From positions 1-59,013 of the forward strand of contig CALWKI010000025.1 in NCBI GenBank assembly GCA_944381235.1: a DNA stretch of 59,013 nt. Reading direction: 5' to 3'. Shown here one piece after another: positions 55,581-59,013 of the stretch. The translations under genes and the position numbers were made by a program. Position 1 is the first letter of the stretch; every line of letters begins with the position of its first letter. Source of the DNA: an uncultured Clostridia bacterium. GTDB lineage: Bacteria > Bacillota > Clostridia > Christensenellales > UBA1242. Below the pieces are notes generated by a model. That model saw nothing but the letters and a program-made list of their open reading frames with translations. It made no database searches and was not told the DNA's origin.

Positions 55581-56399
55581 TTACAACTTTTCAATCACTT
55601 TTTCAATTAAACTTAAATAATAATTGCTTGCGTATGCTCTATTATGCACAATATCCTCGTGTTTTACTCCATTTTCAGAAAAATATGAACCATAATTAGT
55701 AATAAGCCCCACTAGAACAACGGGAAGCCCGCAATATTTTGATGCGATTACCTCATTTACGACATTAAAACCAGTAAAATCCGCGCCGATTAATTTTGAA
55801 AATCTTGACTCACTAACAGTTTCAACGCTTGGGCCATTAAATTCAATAATAACCCCTTTCTTAACTTTCAAACCAAGTTCATATTTTGCTGCCCTAACCA
55901 AAGTATCAATCATTTTAACGCCATATGGAGACAACATATCAACAAATAAGTTGCCATACTTATTATAATCACACTTGTAAAGCGGATTTCTCCCTGTGAA
56001 ATTTATATGATCGGTGGCTGTAACTATATCCCCCACTTTTATTTTTGGATTTAGGGAGCCAAGGGACGCACTAATAACAAGATTGTCACATCCAAGTTCC
56101 TTTAAAATAAAAATTAGATTTGCAATGTCGCTGGTCTCATACCCATAGTTAAAGTGAATTCTACCAAGCACAATGACAACATCCTTGTTTTTTATTCTTC
56201 CAAAAACAAATTTATTTTCCTTAATGTCTTCTCCTAAAACTTTAAAATTTGGAATGTCTCTAAAATATAATTCCTCTTTTTCTTCCACATAATCTAGAAA
56301 TTTAAAAAAACCACTACCTAAAATAAGGGCGGTAGAATGTAATTTAACATTTACTTTTTTATTTATATATTCAACAATACTATCTACGTAATTTGACAT
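55581..56399 (-). CDS. Purine nucleoside phosphorylase family protein (PunA-like, PNP/MTAP fold)
   Basis: ILGSG, GRIHFNYGY (compare GRxHxYEG), GPSVETVSE and LITN motifs. The usually conserved GMSTVPE stretch, recalled from memory, reads GFNVVNE here. Confidence 0.7.
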   Translation of the reverse strand: MSNYVDSIVEYINKKVNVKLHSTALILGSGFFKFLDYVEEKEELYFRDIPNFKVLGEDIKENKFVFGRIKNKDVVIVLGRIHFNYGYETSDIANLIFILKELGCDNLVISASLGSLNPKIKVGDIVTATDHINFTGRNPLYKCDYNKYGNLFVDMLSPYGVKMIDTLVRAAKYELGLKVKKGVIIEFNGPSVETVSESRFSKLIGADFTGFNVVNEVIASKYCGLPVVLVGLITNYGSYFSENGVKHEDIVHNRAYASNYYLSLIEKVIEKL

Positions 56400-56453
56400 A
56401 ATCTCTATTCCCTTTTCTTTTGTTATTTTATCATAATTAATCTTTCTTGACTA

Positions 56454-57059
56454 CTAAAACACAAAAATTTTAAAAATTAACGACATAATAATTGCTTGAA
56501 GTAAAACTGCAAAGAAGATAAGTAAAAAGAAAAACAACGTTATTTTTAACTCATAGCCTTTTATAATACAATTTCCATATAAACTCATTTGTCTGTTATA
56601 ACAAAGCATTCTAAAGCCGTAAATTAAAAGAATGGACACAATAAAAACTTCAAGAATAAAATATCCAAGAATTGACACTAAGACACCTTTAAGCAAACTA
56701 TAAATTGAGATAATCACACAAACATTTATACCTATTCTATATCCATAGTAAAAAGCGCCAACTAAAAATATAACATAGCCAAGCCTAAGATATGATAAAA
56801 AGTAAATTAGGAATAGTAAAACAAAGAATATTATGCTTCTTAGAAAAACATAGGTCAAAAAAGAGTATCTTTTATCTAAAAAATTCCGAATTACAAAACC
56901 CTGAATATAGTCAATAGTTAGCGTTTCTCCGCTTTTCACAGCGCAAAAAATACCCGTCGTTATACCAAGCATCAAAACTACTACTATTAGTAGAATTAAC
57001 CCTTTATTAAGCGAGAAAAATCTCTTTATAGCGTCACTAAAGTACCCATCATTTATCAC
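56454..57059 (-). CDS. Polytopic membrane protein, SpoIIM-like (DUF95) candidate
   Basis: 201 aa with about five TM helices. Size, topology and location next to the spo0A/spoIVB locus fit stage II sporulation protein M. No diagnostic motif was recognised. Confidence 0.45.
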   Translation of the reverse strand: MINDGYFSDAIKRFFSLNKGLILLIVVVLMLGITTGIFCAVKSGETLTIDYIQGFVIRNFLDKRYSFLTYVFLRSIIFFVLLFLIYFLSYLRLGYVIFLVGAFYYGYRIGINVCVIISIYSLLKGVLVSILGYFILEVFIVSILLIYGFRMLCYNRQMSLYGNCIIKGYELKITLFFFLLIFFAVLLQAIIMSLIFKIFVF

Positions 57060-57162
57060 ATTATATTTATATTTTTAAAACATTTTTAGTATGACTAAAG
57101 TACGTATTTTAATGATGTCTAATAAGTCACCTTATATTTTTCAATGCATAATAAAAATCTTG

Positions 57163-57864
57163 TTACATATGTTTTATTTTATCATAAAGTTGAATTGTCG
57201 CGTAAACAATAAAACTTTTACTAGTTGTAAACTTACCAAAAGGAAATTTATCCAAATTTTGAGAAGCCTGTTTTATAACTTTGTTGACATTAATATCTAC
57301 ACAAATAGTGCTTACCGCATATTTTTTTGCCATTGCAACATATGCCTCTTTTGACAAACTCTTTATAATGCACCTCCTATGAATGTAATAATCGATTATA
57401 TCTACAAGCATTGAAAAGCCACTAACCTTTGAAGAAAATCCCCAGTTGTAAAGTTGTTCACTAATTAGTGCTTTATGAGACTTAGATAAAATCTCCCCTT
57501 TAATATCTTCTTTATTTTCTATTCTTGTAAACAATTCCTCTAAGTTTTTTATAAAAAACTCGTCTTTTAAAATATAATTAAATTCGTCGGCAAGTTGAAC
57601 CCTTGTCTCACTTATAACTATAACATTATCTAGTAACCCCTTAACTAGCATTTTTCTAAGTAAATCAATTACTTTATCATCAAGTTTTTCCTCATAATTA
57701 ATAATTAGATACCTTACGACCCTATCTTTGTCAACTATAAAATCGTCAAGGTCGTCAATATATAAAACCCCTAAATCTTTATTTGATAAAACCTCTTTAA
57801 TCCTGTCTGCAAGAACTATATCTCTATTTTTTGAATAAAATTCAACGCCGTAATACATACTCAA
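57163..57864 (-). CDS. Spo0A-like protein with a divergent effector domain and a degenerate receiver domain
   Basis: It occupies the conserved slot immediately downstream of spoIVB. The C-terminal half aligns by eye with the Spo0A C-domain (GFSMLVDIIDYYI...SLSKEAYVAMAKKYAVS...VNKVIKQA). The N-terminal half is receiver-like but lacks the acidic pocket and phospho-Asp. RBS GGGAG. Confidence 0.55.
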   Translation of the reverse strand: MSMYYGVEFYSKNRDIVLADRIKEVLSNKDLGVLYIDDLDDFIVDKDRVVRYLIINYEEKLDDKVIDLLRKMLVKGLLDNVIVISETRVQLADEFNYILKDEFFIKNLEELFTRIENKEDIKGEILSKSHKALISEQLYNWGFSSKVSGFSMLVDIIDYYIHRRCIIKSLSKEAYVAMAKKYAVSTICVDINVNKVIKQASQNLDKFPFGKFTTSKSFIVYATIQLYDKIKHM

Positions 57865-57976
57865 ACTCCCTCATCTAAAATAAAAACAAGGGCATTTTAT
57901 CACACCAAATTTAATTTGTCTACAATTTTTTACAAAATTATTAAAAATATTTTAATTTTTTAAAAAATTTTTTAAA

Positions 57977-59013
57977 TTACTGATTTAACATCCAATCAAT
58001 ATAAACACCAAAGCCTTTGCAAGGGTCACTCACAAATACATGTGTCACCGCGCCGACGATTTTGTTGTCTTGAATAATCGGGCTACCACTCATACCTTGA
58101 ACAATTCCCCCAGTTCGTTTTATTAAGTCATCATCGGTGACTCTAATCACCATACTTTTATCATTAGAGTAATTTTGAAAATTGGTTTTTATAATCTCAA
58201 TATCAAAAGTTTCTACTTTTCCACCATCAATACAGCATCTTATTTGTGCTCTACCCGGTTTTACGGATAAACGCCCACCGACCTCGTACTCTTGTGAGTT
58301 TGCAATCAAATTGCTATCACTTACGACATTTCCAAAAACTCCATAATCATTGTTTTTTTCAATTACTCCTTGTTCCCCCTTGCCTTGCATAAAAAGACCT
58401 TTAATTTCGCCCGGAGCACCTGATTTTCCTTTATTAACTCCTAGAATTGAACAATTATATATTTTACCTTCTTTTAAATTTATCTTACTTTTAGTGTCAC
58501 TATCACAAATTGGATGCCCAAGTGCTCCAAATCTATTGTCTTTCCCAATATATGTTAATGTTCCAATACCAGACGCGTCATCTCTTACCCAAACGCCTAA
58601 TTTATAATCCTCACTTTTTACATCGTAGCAAGGTTTGACCCTCGTGGTAATTTCCTTATTCTTTCTAATAAGTTTAACCTCAAGTTCTTTACCTTTATTC
58701 TTTTCTTCATTGATTATTTTTGAAATACTTGAAACATTTTCAACTGTCTCGTTTTCAATTTGTTTTATTATATCCCCTATTCTTAAATTATCATATTCTA
58801 AAACATCCACCTCCCCCTCTGGGGTTGACACTAAACTACTTCCAACAATTAAAACACCATCGGTTTTAAGTACAAGACCAATAGCCGTTCCACCTGCTAA
58901 AACTTTATCCTCTTTTATTATCTTTACCTTTTTACTCTTTATAGGCATAAGGTTAAATAGTTTAAACTCTATTTCAGGCTCGTATTCACTCTTTTCTTTT
59001 TGACTTGACGTAT
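57977..59013 (-). CDS. spoIVB: SpoIVB peptidase (S55), with the 5' end beyond the window
   Basis: PDZ-like segment (GGTAIGLVLKTDGVLIVG) and S55 motifs GALGHPI and GMSGSPII. The reading frame stays open upstream of the first Met (58948) to the window end, so the gene is N-terminally truncated here. Confidence 0.85.
   Translation of the reverse strand, partial: TSSQKEKSEYEPEIEFKLFNLMPIKSKKVKIIKEDKVLAGGTAIGLVLKTDGVLIVGSSLVSTPEGEVDVLEYDNLRIGDIIKQIENETVENVSSISKIINEEKNKGKELEVKLIRKNKEITTRVKPCYDVKSEDYKLGVWVRDDASGIGTLTYIGKDNRFGALGHPICDSDTKSKINLKEGKIYNCSILGVNKGKSGAPGEIKGLFMQGKGEQGVIEKNNDYGVFGNVVSDSNLIANSQEYEVGGRLSVKPGRAQIRCCIDGGKVETFDIEIIKTNFQNYSNDKSMVIRVTDDDLIKRTGGIVQGMSGSPIIQDNKIVGAVTHVFVSDPCKGFGVYIDWMLNQ

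Overview
This is a 59-kb chromosomal segment from a very AT-rich, endospore-forming Firmicute with Clostridia-like gene order and the standard bacterial code (TGA, TAA and TAG all act as stops). It holds about 50 protein genes, mostly on the minus strand, and nearly all are core housekeeping or sporulation genes in familiar syntenic blocks. The blocks are: DUF45; PadR plus ABC transporter; rnhA; tRNA-Trp; rny; thiI plus cysteine desulfurase; T-box-pheS-pheT; yunB; spoVAC-AD-AE; tRNA-Leu; SDR plus tmk-like; rpmB; tRNA-Thr; S1 protein-plsC-flavoprotein-rluB-dacB-ytfJ-ytfI; SLT; polA; HD hydrolase; rpsT-holA-comEC; tRNA-Glu; aspS; miaB-mutS-mutL-miaA-ynbB; PBP1A; scpA-scpB; M50 protease; dacF-like; PNP; spoIIM-like; a spo0A-position gene; and spoIVB, which is cut by the window edge. 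Several near-consensus sigma-A promoters and rho-independent terminators can be read directly. I see no transposase, integrase, phage genes, CRISPR-cas, toxin-antitoxin pair or recognisable defence genes, so I cannot claim a convincing multi-gene novel system. The observations most worth a second look are these. (1) The gene in the conserved spo0A slot has a Spo0A-like C-terminal domain but a degenerate, apparently non-phosphorylatable receiver. (2) The 830-bp ORF-free region at the window start holds five direct copies of a 15-nt motif, with a sixth inverted copy 51 kb away, plus a 16-bp perfect inverted-repeat pair around a 450-bp AT-rich element. (3) A membrane-anchored PadR regulator is coupled to an ABC-2 transporter. 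(4) An unannotated 46-aa Cys/Pro-rich small ORF sits next to tRNA-Leu. (5) An 858-aa extremely Asn-rich lipoprotein lies divergent from the spoVA operon. (6) Two orphan monocistronic genes flank aspS. All functional calls rest on by-eye motif recognition and remembered family signatures; no searches were run.
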